Positions 42,843-55,291 of a stretch of 61,706 nucleotides of DNA are shown one piece after another. This DNA is from Octopus bimaculoides (taxonomy: Eukaryota). The translations under genes were made by a program, and so were the position numbers. The stretch covers positions 168,208,220-168,269,925 of the forward strand of contig NC_068982.1 in assembly GCF_001194135.2 (NCBI RefSeq), in the 5' to 3' direction. Under the pieces are notes generated by a model. The model ran no database searches. It was not told the origin of the DNA and was given only the letters and a program-made list of their open reading frames with translations. Within the stretch, counting starts at the first letter, position 1, and each line of letters opens with the position of its first letter.

Positions 42843-44103
42843 AATATGTAGTGTGGAATGAATTCATATTTGAGATTATACAGTAAACAACTATTTTCTT
42901 ATCATATAAAATGGCAAAATATATCATGATTCATTCGAATCCATTCCATCCGAAGTATATTGTATTTGCACTAAATTGTTATTCATATGTGTGTATTTGT
43001 ATGTGTTTGTGTGTGTTATACACACGCGTGCGCGCGTACTCACACGCACATGCACACACAAGCATACACACATATATAAATATATACGCATACATATATG
43101 CAAATCGACACACACATATACAAATATGCACTTAAAGTAATTTTTGCTTATATGTAAAATTATATATAACACCTTGTAACCATTAAAATAAAGGATCCCT
43201 TAGTTGTTTTAGTATAGTGCACATTATTACAAAGAAAAGGTAGATAGTAACTTCGATGTTTCGGCTTGCCAGCCACCATGACTGATCGCTTGTCAGTCGA
43301 CCAGTTGTAATGTCTAAGTTAGTATTACCCTTTAAGATATATAAAAATACTCACACACACCTATATNNNNNNNNNNNNNNNNNNNNNNNNNNNNNNNNNN
43401 NNNNNNNNNNNNNNNNNNNNNNNNNNNNNNNNNNNNNNNNNNNNNNNNNNNNNNNNNNNNNNNNNNNNNNNNNNNNNNNNNNNNNNNNNNNNNNNNNNNN
43501 NNNNNNNNNNNNNNNNNNNNNNNNNNNNNNNNNNNNNNNNNNNNNNNNNNNNNNNNNNNNNNNNNNNNNNNNNNNNNNNNNNNNNNNNNNNNNNNNNNNN
43601 NNNNNNNNNNNNNNNNNNNNNNNNNNNNNNNNNNNNNNNNNNNNNNNNNNNNNNNNNNNNNNNNNNNNNNNNNNNNNNNNNNNNNNNNNNNNNNNNNNNN
43701 NNNNNNNNNNNNNNNNNNNNNNNNNNNNNNNNNNNNNNNNNNNNNNNNNNNNNNNNNNNNNNNNNNNNNNNNNNNNNNNNNNNNNNNNNNNNNNNNNNNN
43801 NNNNNNNNNNNNNNNNNNNNNNNNNNNNNNNNNNNNNNNNNNNNNNNNNNNNNNNNNNNNNNNNNNNNNNNNNNNNNNNNNNNNNNNNNNNNNNNNNNNN
43901 NNNNNNNNNNNNNNNNNNNNNNNNNNNNNNNNNNNNNNNNNNNNNNNNNNNNNNNNNNNNNNNNNNNNNNNNNNNNNNNNNNNNNNNNNNNNNNNNNNNN
44001 NNNNNNNNNNNNNNNNNNNNNNNNNNNNNNNNNNNNNNNNNNNNNNNNNNNNNNNNNNNNNNNNNNNNNNNNNNNNNNNNNNNNNNNNNNNNNNNNNNNN
44101 NNN

Positions 44104-44679
44104 CACAATTTATGTTAGTTGAAATATATTTGTCACAACAGCTAAAGGCCACAGCAGTTACCGTGGAGGAAAAATCTCTCTTATGGTAAAAAAAAAAAAA
44201 AAAGGTGTGAAAACACCCAATTCGTTCAGTGTCGCCATCTCTCGGGAATCTCAGACTTTGATGTTTCGAGTTTGTTAACTCTTGTCGATTAGGTGTACCT
44301 AAGAGAACCAACTCTGAAGGAACTAAATAAAGCTTGTAGCTTTATGTATACCTCAGTCAACACGTTGACTGATTTGCGCTAGTAGATCGTCCGATCGAGA
44401 TAAATAATGAAGTAATGGCGCAAAGCAGTGTTTATGTTGACTGAATTATATATAAAGCTACACGCTTTATTTTTAGTTCGTTCAGAGTTACCTCTCTTAG
44501 GTACATCTCATCGAAATCGATGTCTGAGATTCCCGAGAGATGGCGATACTGAACGAACAGAGTGTTTTCACACCTTTTTACCATAAGAGAGACATTGTTT
44601 TCTCCACGGTAACTACAGTGTATTTCCCTTTAGCAGTTGAAATATGGGACAAAAATTATTTCAACTAACCTAAACTGTG
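44104..44679. mobile_element. Foldback/MITE element with inverted arms of about 275 bp and CAC...GTG termini
   Basis: Arms match along their length, e.g. GCCATCTCTCGGGAATCTCAGAC versus GTCTGAGATTCCCGAGAGATGGC and AAGGTGTGAAAACAC versus GTGTTTTCACACCTT. Spacer about 40 bp. Left end abuts an N gap, so no TSD can be read. Confidence 0.85.
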
Positions 44680-44903
44680 ATCATACGTAAACGCAGCTTT
44701 GCGCCATTACTTCATATACATGTGTGTGTGTGTGTGTGTGTAAATCAATGGAAAGCCGCATTGTGATCAGCGATGTATAACAACATCCGCTAGTTCGGTC
44801 GATCACGTGAGATATATGCTTCTGCACCCTCAGTCACAATTAATGACGATTAAAGTTTTCTTCAATGATATATTGCGTCTAGCTGCTTACATTAATTTAT
44901 TCA

Positions 44904-45033
44904 TATTCTTTCTGTTGAAGAGCGTAGCTCGAAACGTCAAAGACTTTCCGTATTCCCGAGCGTCATACTAATATATACTTTTGTTATTTACACCACCTGT
45001 CCTCGTCTGTTGTTATTTTTTGTATATTCTCCC
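44904..45033 (+). mobile_element. Penelope-type terminal repeat fragment (family P1)
   Basis: Homolog of 4049-4235; ends at (TA)n. Confidence 0.65.
44907..44943 (+). ncRNA. Minimal type I hammerhead-like motif (CUGUUGA variant)
   Basis: TCTTT-CTGTTGA-A-GAGC-GTA-GCTC-GAAACGTC-AAAGA, identical to 4139-4175. Confidence 0.55.
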
Positions 45034-46368
45034 ATATATATATATATANNNNNNNNNNNNNNNNNNNNNNNNNNNNNNNNNNNNNNNNNNNNNNNNNNNN
45101 NNNNNNNNNNNNNNNNNNNNNNNNNNNNNNNNNNNNNNNNNNNNNNNNNNNNNNNNNNNNNNNNNNNNNNNNNNNNNNNNNNNNNNNNNNNNNNNNNNNN
45201 NNNNNNNNNNNNNNNNNNNNNNNNNNNNNNNNNNNNNNNNNNNNNNNNNNNNNNNNNNNNNNNNNNNNNNNNNNNNNNNNNNNNNNNNNNNNNNNNNNNN
45301 NNNNNNNNNNNNNNNNNNNNNNNNNNNNNNNNNNNNNNNNNNTATATATATATATATATTTATTTATATATATATGCAAAAATCTGCACACATACATACA
45401 CGCATGTGCATTCCATGCACATTTACTATTATTGTCTTATTACCATAATTACGATGTGACCTCAATATGATCCCAATCTAATCCAATAATTGAAGTCCAT
45501 AGAAGAACCAACGAATGATATCTGAAAAGAATGAAACGCAACTCCTGAAGAAGATATTTGAATTGATTTATTCAATATATGTTCAAAATATTACGGCACA
45601 CGTAATAACGACTACAATTTAAAGAATTGTTATTTTAAAAATATACATTAAAATGATGATATAGGAATAAAATTGCTTGAAAATTACAATTTGAAAGAGA
45701 ATATATTTAGTCATTTGTATATTTAACGCCCCTCTATCACCAAACCTTGACATAGCTGATGTATTTCTATCTGATTGTAGTGACTCTAAACTAAAGATTA
45801 ACTTGCTAAACTGATGTTAAGCGCATACTTTATACATTAAATCAGCGGGAAAACAGCAACAAGGTGTCATTACCATAAATGTACACAAATCAAAATACAT
45901 ACAATAGAAATCCAAAAGTAAGTACACACAAACGTATGCGCACAAATACACACACGCACGCATGCGCACTAAGACATATGATTGTATGTGTATATATGTG
46001 TGTGTAAACACACACATATACGCACACATATAAACACATTAAGCACGCGCACACGAATATATTTCTATTGATATATCTAGGAAACTTTATGTCACAAATA
46101 ATAAACACGATCTGATTCTATTTCATCTGTTTTTATTACTAATTAACTAATCAGTCTCTCTAATAATCAATTACTTGATTAATCCTTAGCTCATGAATGA
46201 CATGCCTTACTCGGAAGCTGTCTCACTGTCTCCAAACCTTGGTTCCTTTATCATATAATTTTAGGTGATGTTTGTGACTGAATGTGGGAAAAGGGATTGT
46301 ACATTTAATTCACTAGTCGAAAGGTAAATCAAATTATCGATTAGTTAATAGCTTAACAGGTAAACTAC

Positions 46369-46437
<69 letters not shown>

Positions 46438-46459
46438 TATAATGATAATGATAATAGAT

Positions 46460-46915
46460 GTAGTGCCAGGCAGTGGCTATCAATGCCCTGATGCAGTACC
46501 AAGCAGTGGCTCTCATGGCTTCTGATCTTAATTGATTAGAAGCGTTATCATGTACGTTGTTTTGTCTTGGTATAAAAGATGGGCTACAGCAAATATTCTG
46601 CTCAATACCACAGATTTGCTTGTCAGTTGTTTGACCTTAACCAGTTGATCATGTCCTTTAGTGGCTGACAATATGTGCATCTCTGATCATGAGCAGAAGT
46701 AGTGGCGGGGGGCATCATAGCCATGTGTTGAGAGGAGTTCTTTGTGGATTGAATAATTCACCTTTGGAAACATGGGTGTTTTGCTCAACATCCTTAAACA
46801 AACCTTATTCAGGGGCCTTTTGAGCGGGATTGGCTGCTCGACCTGATAAAAATTCTAACTGAGCCCCACCTGTGACGTCATGCGCTGTTTATCTTGATAT
46901 GAGATCACCATACAT
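46460..46915 (-). mobile_element. Family C dispersed repeat
   Basis: Homolog of 31650-32135; abuts (AAT)n at 46368-46452. Confidence 0.8.
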
Positions 46916-46918
46916 ATT

Positions 46919-46949
<31 letters not shown>

Positions 46950-47091
46950 ATATATGTTTGTACGTATATATACTCATACACATTCACTAACAGATACACC
47001 CACATATACAGAGTGCTTGTTCTCTGTTTGGCTGTCTGTCTCTCGCTCTCTCTCTATCTCCCTCTGTCTTTTTGTCTCTCTCTCTCTCACT

Positions 47092-47129
<38 letters not shown>

Positions 47130-48706
47130 GCATGCATGCATACATACAACCATACATACATACATACATACATACATACATACATACATACATGCATGCA
47201 TATATTTATGTATCTACAGAGAAAGGATGTGAGAGTGAGCGAGTGGGAGGGAGAAATCTATGTATGTGAGATTGCAGGTGTTTTATTTTGGGCATCTAAT
47301 ATAGCTGCGTATATGTCTCTATGGGCAAGAATGTTGAATCTGATGCTGCTATTGTCTGTAATATGTACGCAGGAAACAAAATTATTCTATTACAAGAACA
47401 TTCCTGGAACTTCCTAGAGAATTGTGCTGAACTGTAAATGATATACTATTTACAGTTTACCTAATCCTTTTCTGTTTACCACATTAACATTCCCTTCCTC
47501 TATCTCTTACCTTGTTCCACTCCGCCTCTCAGTCACTCTCTATTTATCGTCTTCTTTTATGCCTTTCACTCTCTCTGTACGTTAGAATTACATTCTATTC
47601 ATTCGCTATCACTCTCTTTCCACTCTTCACTTCTTTATCCTTGTCTTCTTGCTTTCTGCAATCAGCATTGCTGCCGCAGTCGGTTATTCAGACACAGCAG
47701 AAGAATTTTAATGTTCTGTTCTGGGAAAATGGTGATTAGCAAATTTGTAAAAGTAACGAAACCCAACTAAAGCATTAGATTCTGAAAATAATAACTACTT
47801 CTTTGTGATTATTTTCTACACTTTCACATTACAGGTTTCACAATCCGTTAAGATGCAATAAGTTAAAAATTAAAACTACCTATTATCAGTACCGATATAT
47901 TGATGAAATAAACTTTGGAAAAATTTATATGAAGCCTAAGATACTTAATATAATCAGCTAAGTAAAATACTCTAATGAATTTAAATTACTCCTCTCATAG
48001 AAAGAAAATTCATTAGATTTAATGACACATTTTTTTTTTCTCAAGGAAACAAAGGAGACAGCTATGGAATATAACTGCTTAAAAGTTTAATGTAGATATG
48101 TAGTGATGAGTGACAACAGCAAATATATTCCATTCATACGTATTTGTTGCAAAAATAGCTATATGTTTTCTTACCAAATATTAGAATGGATAGGAGAATA
48201 TACAATATTTTAGTGAAAAAGCATTCTGTGGTAAAGCAATTTAAAACGGTGACATGAGGAGAATTTGCATGCGAAGTCGTTTGCATGAATAATATATACG
48301 TAGGTGGCGAATAACATATACAATAAAGAAATCGCAGAAAATTATTCCTCTACGTATGTGTTTATGTGAACTAATTAATGCCTGATATGTGAATCTCCAT
48401 TGAGCTGCCTTTCTTTACTTCAGTGCACGTACATCTATTTCTCAGTTTCTCTCTCCATTTCACTTCACATACGCACACACGCACAAACACTTATAACAAC
48501 TACATATGTGTGTGCGTGTGCATGAGGATGCGAGTGTGTGTTCATACATACATAGATGCATACGTATGTGTGTGTGTGTGTGTGTCTGGTGTCTGTATGT
48601 GTGCACGTAGGGATGTATGTGTATATATACAAGTGGAAAAGTGCATATATTCATAAACATATGTGTATGTTTAGTTACAGGAATACGCAAGCATAAATAC
48701 ACACAT

Positions 48707-48740
<34 letters not shown>

Positions 48741-48865
48741 NNNNNNNNNNTATATATATATATATATATATATATATAGCGAGAGAGAGAGAGAGAGAGT
48801 GAGAGAGAGAGATAGAGATAGAGAGAGAGGTGAGAGTGTGTGTGTATATATGCATATATATGTGG

Positions 48866-48896
<31 letters not shown>

Positions 48897-49172
48897 GCAA
48901 ATATATATATAATAATATCGAACGCTCTCGTTATATATAAACATATAAACTTACATGTACGTACATGCATTTTTGCTATAAACAGCACAGCATGTCATTA
49001 TTTTATAAATAGTACCAGGAAAGGGTACAAATAGTTTCGAAATAGCTCTTGATTTCTTGAGTTGTCATCCATTCACCGTCAATGCAAATCAATGCAAAAC
49101 AAAGTTAACATTTACTTAATAATTTGAGGGAGAGACAGACAGACAGAGACAGAGAGAGAAACGGAGATAGAT

Positions 49173-49241
<69 letters not shown>

Positions 49242-49389
49242 TACATAACTATATATATATAGTCACTATGAAGATATTTAGACCTCTTATAGGGATACTT
49301 TTATCCGAGATACACTGCTTTAATATATTGTATTTTGAAGTGGTATTTCTTGAATGAGTATTTTATATGAAATATTATAAAATATCAAA

Positions 49390-49690
49390 TATTATTATTA
49401 AGTTTGAAAACGGAGAAATCTAATGGAAACGAATTAATTTATTAATTAATTAACAACCAAAATTAAAACTACAAAACATACGTAAATATATAATGTTGCA
49501 TTTTAAAATACCTTGGATGGAAAATCATCTGGGTGCACAAAATGACTATACAAGGATTACATTGTGATCCATTGGAATAGTTTTAATTTTGGTTGTGAAA
49601 TGAGACAATTGTAGGTGAATATGCTAATTAATTAATAAATTAATTCGTATGTATTAGATTTCTCCGTTTTCAAAATTATTAATAAAATTT
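49390..49690. mobile_element. AT-rich MITE-like element with inverted ends of about 60 bp
   Basis: TTTGAAAACGGAGAAATCTAAT..AACGAATTAATTTATTAATTAATTA versus its reverse complement at 49625-49685. Inner inverted repeat CAACCAAAATTAAAACTA / TAGTTTTAATTTTGGTTG. Confidence 0.7.
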
Positions 49691-49892
49691 TATATATATT
49701 AATGAACTGACGACATAGAGGACAGGAGTAAAGGAATAAGAAGAGAAGAGAGAAGAAAAAAGAAGCCCAAAAGTTCATATTTCAACTTTCCGATGTTGTA
49801 GAAAGAAATTCATAATTCCTTAGGATTACATCTCAGAACTTATGGACTTGTGATGTTTGCCTTGCCTTAACGTTTGTTGTCCTGTTTAACAA

Positions 49893-50009
<117 letters not shown>

Positions 50010-50011
50010 AT

Positions 50012-50225
50012 CAAAATAAGCAACAGGATATCTAGAGGTGATGCAGTACGACCGATTCAAGCGGCTCCATTTAGTTGAGCAATACCATCATTGCATCAAT
50101 TTAAATGCAGGGCTATCCTCAGCTGCATAAATAAATGGAATTTTTTAATCAGTTGGACATATTAATATAATTTTACTTAGATTCTCTAATAGAGCAAGAA
50201 GAGGGAAAAAGTCCATGTAGCTCAA
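50012..50225 (-). mobile_element. Penelope-type terminal repeat (family P3) with a damaged hammerhead-like motif at 50041-50128
   Basis: Homolog of 52025-52160 in the opposite orientation; GAAA is changed to GAAT. Confidence 0.6.
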
Positions 50226-50641
50226 AATATACTACACTTCTAAGACCTGTATGAAGTTTGTTAAGGTCATAGCGTGTAACGGATTGTGGTCATTTTTAAT
50301 TTATTGGTCGTTTGTTATCAACTACCAAATCTAAGGCTAGAGGACAGTGTCAGTTTAAAATGGATAGACAGAGAGAGTTGACAGTTGATAGTTGGGTATG
50401 GTCATAAATATTGTCAGGATTTCAGGAAATGTGTAAGCAATTGTTTATGAAGGAGGTTGGGTAGGGGAACACCCTAAATCAAGATTTAATTACCAGTTAA
50501 AGGGGCAAGACGCTAATAAAAACTATGATGTTAATACAGAGGAGATTATCATGGATGATGGTATATTAACAAAATTGTTATGGTGTATGAAGATAAAACT
50601 TAAGATTACTAAAAATGATATTACAACCAGAATAAATAAAC

Positions 50642-50678
<37 letters not shown>

Positions 50679-51329
50679 TTTTATATGTTCAGTCCAATGA
50701 TTGTGACCATGCTGGAGCACCGCCATTGAAAACAGTGTATACGGGATAGCGCCAGTGGTTTCAGGGTTAGGAAGAGTCTAGCAGTAAGATTCACTTTAAA
50801 CGAAGTAACCACACGGTTACCAATTTCAACATTAGAAAGAGAAGACTACATAGAATTAGTTTAATATTTATTCCTGTACTTAATAATTTACTTATAAGGT
50901 GGTTTCTATAAAGGTTGCTCTTGGTATTTATTTATGGAATACTAGGGCGTTAAATCATGCTATCTTTATATTAATTGTAAGCTAAGAATCAGACAAAAAC
51001 GGAAAAATAAGTTGTGCACAGATAGATACACATATTTAACTATGTGCACACATGCAAATATACACAAATATCTGTACCTTATTATGGGTGTTATAATCAA
51101 CTCTTCTAGACTTAAGTAACTAGAAAGTTTATATTTCTCTTTAAGAACATTAATAACTTACAAGAGATAAGGTAAAGGTATCAAAATAAAAAAAACACAA
51201 TAATAAGAAATTATAGAGAACAGTAAGAAAATATATATATATAACTTATTGTATATAATACTAGTGGGTAAGTTCACATCATATACGACTCTAAAATTAA
51301 TTTCCCTTATCCAAGTTCAAGTGCAGCAC

Positions 51330-51775
51330 CTATAAACGCTAATTCATAAAATATTTAAATGTACGAGTGATCTTATGTACGCATGATACCTTTAAGTCTA
51401 ATCTATGATTAGCCAGGCTGCTCTTATCCCTATACTTAAAAATTTCCTAAGTTACCATAGAGCACAAATTGCACCCGTATTGACTATCTCTATAACGCTG
51501 CGCTTTCCTTATAATATCACATTTAAGGCTAAATTTTATTCCGCTTTCCTTCGGTTTCCAAATCATCCTAGATAAGGACCTACAATTGACCTTGAGCGTA
51601 AAAGATGAAAAGTGGTTATTGATACGTTTCTTCATAGTTATTGAAATCCTATAAATACAAAGTTACCAGCTACAGTTGTGATTGTACACTTATAGATTAC
51701 GTTTTGGGTTAGACATCGGCCTAATAACGCAGAGTGGGATTTAACCCTACAATTGGAACCAGGTGAATTATTACT
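51330..51775 (-). mobile_element. Decayed Penelope-like GIY-YIG endonuclease fragment
   Basis: Minus translation, with frameshifts: SNCRVK...GRCLTQNVIYKC...FIG...KKRINNHFSSF...LSRMIWKPKESGIKFSLKCDIIRKAQRY...CNLCS. Typical of PLE GIY-YIG C-termini. Confidence 0.75.
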
Positions 51776-52032
51776 ATTAATATTATTCAAATTTTAACCA
51801 TTATTTTTATTAATATTACTATTAATATTAATTCTACTACTACTATTGTATGTGGCATTTTCATATCTGGTATTATCTCTCCATCCTTCAGTTGTTGTAT
51901 CATTTACATTCATCCCAGCATCATCAGACGTATCAGTAGTTCCTGTGTTAGTATGGACCTCAGAGCTACAGTCTATATTGTATATATTAGGACCATTAGT
52001 ACTGGTGTTTCTATTTTCTATTCTATTCATTC

Positions 52033-52120
52033 ATGCAGCTGAGGATAGTCCTGCATTTAAATTGATATAATGATTGCAAAGTTCATTTAAATGGAGCCTT
52101 TTGAAACGGTCGTACTGCAT
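52033..52120 (+). ncRNA. Type I hammerhead-like motif (family P3)
   Basis: ATGCAG-CTGAGGA-[long stem II containing CATTTAAAT/ATTTAAATG]-GAAA-CGGTC-GTA-CTGCAT. 6-bp stem I and self-complementary helix III ACGGUCGU; base of stem II imperfect. Confidence 0.55.
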
Positions 52121-52242
52121 CACCTCTTGATATCCTGTTGCTTATTTGGATTTTATTCACCTTACTTTGAGTTGTACGGACAATACTGCACTGACTGGTT
52201 GCTTCAACGTAAGTGCCTAATTCAACTGAATCTCAATTATTT

Positions 52243-52283
<41 letters not shown>

Positions 52284-52831
52284 TAATTATTTAGTGAACA
52301 CAATATTTGTACTGATATGCCACTATTAGTCTCATGTGATGTGAGCATGCCAGCTGTTCAATCCGGAAAGCGTGACACTTCTCAATTCGTTAATGGGAAC
52401 TTAGCGTTATGCTTACAACGGCTATATATACATACATACATACAAACATACATACATACATGCATACATACATACATACATACATACATACATACATACA
52501 TACATACATACATACATACATACATACATACATACATGTATATATGTATGTATATATATATAGGCAAATAAACAAAACAAAAAGTCAAGTACATTTTCCC
52601 AGTGAATGTATCAGATGGAAAAATAGGAGCGGCAACTGAGGTTTCAAGCATGCTTCTTCACTGGAAAGTGGAAGAATTCCAGAGAAGAGGAAGCGGAAGA
52701 AGGATCAGATTGTCAGAGAAATGCACGTGTACACACGCACACACAAACACATACACACAGGCGCACACATGCACACTCATATATAATATAATATAATATA
52801 ATATAATATAATATAATATAATATAATATAA

Positions 52832-52993
52832 TGCGTGGTCTGATCAGTAAATATCCGGACTGTTGCTATAATAACGAACCTAATGCACGCAGAGTGAATC
52901 CGCTTGACACAGATTGACCTTGAACCGTACTTTACTTTGCGCGCTTTAGCTCGTTACTATGACAACAGTCCGGATACTTATTGACCAGACCTC

Positions 52994-52996
<3 letters not shown>
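52832..52996. mobile_element. Mariner-type MITE of about 165 bp in a TA-rich array
   Basis: TGCGTGGTCTGATCAGTAAATATCCGGACTGTTG versus CAACAGTCCGGATACTTATTGACCAGACCTCGTA; TA flanks. Confidence 0.75.
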
Positions 52997-53033
<37 letters not shown>

Positions 53034-53034
53034 T

Positions 53035-55237
53035 CATCATCATCATTAACGTTGTCTATGCTGGCAGTGGCCAGAATGTTTGACCAAAACTGGTAACCAG
53101 ATTCCTGTCTGATTTGGCATGGTTACTACAGCTGGATGCACTCCCTAGCGCCAACCACTCCAAGAGTGTAACGGGTGGCTTTACGTGCTACCGACACGGG
53201 TGTCAGGTGCGTGACTTCAGTATCCGTCATAACTATGACTTCACTCGGCTTGATGGATCTTCCTTCTGAAACACATCATATTGCCAAAATGTCTCAGTCA
53301 TTTGTCATTGCCTCCTTGAGGTCCAGCGCACGAAAGGTGCTTTTAACGTGCCACCAGCACGGTTCCTAGTTCCGCGACACCAGCATCAACCACATTGCTT
53401 CCGTGAGGCACAATGCTCAAACAGTGCTCCGTAGGTGCCACCGGCACGGCTACCAGTTATGTGAGACCGACAACAGCCACAGCTATGATTTCACTTGGTT
53501 TGACGCCTATTCTCAAACACGGCATATCATCAAATTCTCGGTCGCTAGTCATTGCCTCCGCGTGGCCAAGCGTTAGAAGGTCAAGCCTCATCTCATGTCT
53601 TTCTGAGTCTCTCTCTTCCACAGCTTCCTTCCACTGGTAGAGAAAAGCACTTCTCAATACTACTGTCCACATCCATGCGCATCTCATGACCATACCAACG
53701 CAGTCGCCTCTCTTGCACACCACATCTTATGCCTCTTATACTTAGATATTTAAATAGGTTTCGGCCACATTAGCCCACGCCATAGCTAACTTAATAGCAC
53801 CGCCTGGAAAAGACATTTAGTAATGTATTTTTGTATAGTTATTTTTAGGCACCAATGCCCATTCGATTAAAGAGTTGTTGCTTGCAGCGGTATATCCGGG
53901 TGTAGCTGGTTTATCTGGAATTTGTTGGAGATATTCATCTAAGAACTTTTTGAAGGTTATGAAATCTTTTTCCTTCTTTATATGTTTTGGAATGATGTTA
54001 AAAAGAGCAGATCCAGCTGAGGAATAGTTCTGTCTTAGTGTTGTGATGTGCTGAGAGCACGATTTCTGTAGAGGACGCATGGCACGGGGACCAAAACCTT
54101 GGGTGGATTTTAAAAGTGATACCGATATCATTTGGGCAATATTGTCGGAACAATTTCCACATCATACAAATAATAATGCGCTCTTGGCGGCGCTGGAGAG
54201 AACACAGTTTGACATTCGCGAATCGATCCCAGTAATTAAGACCAGACATGCCATCAATTTTTTTTTATGACAAACTTTTCTCTTAAGTCCTTTATACTCT
54301 GCCATGCATACACATCCAGACTTTCACTCTCAAGGAGAAGTCCTTCGTTACCAAAAGAGGTAGGAGCTTTCTGAACTTTGCCCAACCTATTATTATTCTC
54401 GCAACTACGCTCTCAGAGCATCCACCCACGCTACTGACTTGGTCACCTAGGTAACGGAAGTTACTAACTACTTCTAGTTTTCTACCCTGGCATTTGATGG
54501 AGTCTATTTTCTGTACAATTTTAGTGTTAATCGTACATGTGCATCTTCCACAGACAAAAACTAGTTTCCCTGTTAACCTTCCTTTGATATTGCTGCACCT
54601 CTTATGTGTCCATAGCTTACACTGGGTACATCTTATGGAGTTTCTACCTACGTCTTTCCTACAGTTCGAGAAGGGCCATCCACTCGAGGGGATTTATGAT
54701 CTGTCTGTTTTCCTACTTACTAAGACCTTGGTTTTTGATAAGTTGGTTAACTCTGAGGCCTTTTGATTCTAGACCATGCTTCTATAGCTGAAACTTCTTC
54801 TCTATTTCTGGTGATGATCCAGCTATAAGAACGAAATCATCAGCATAGAGGATCTACCAGGGGCAGCCTGTTTTAAATTCCTCTGTTATTACCCAGAGGA
54901 CTTTGATAAAAAAAGAAGGGGCTGAGGACTGAACCTTGGTGAACCCTTAGTTGTACCTTGAATTCTTCGCTATACTCCTTGCCAACCCTACCTTACGGAC
55001 AGCATACCTGTACATAGCTGTTATAGCTCTCACCAGACACTCGTCTATCCCTAATTCCGCATTGACCATTGATGAGGGATTGGAAGACTTTGTCAAAAGT
55101 TTTCTCCATGTCAACAAAAACCAAGTACAGAGGTTTATCTTTTGCTATGAATTTTTTCTGCAGTCGCCTTACCAGAAATATAGCGTCACTGGTGCTTCTG
55201 ACTGGCACAAAACCAAACTGCGTCTCATCTAGACTAA

Positions 55238-55291
<54 letters not shown>

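Noticed and set aside
43255-43290. Minus-strand GGCT-GGCA-AGCC-GAAAC hairpin
   Set aside because: No intact CUGANGA and no NUH site.
47668-47735. Possible small exon after a long polypyrimidine tract
   Set aside because: Weak donor and no recognisable peptide in any frame.
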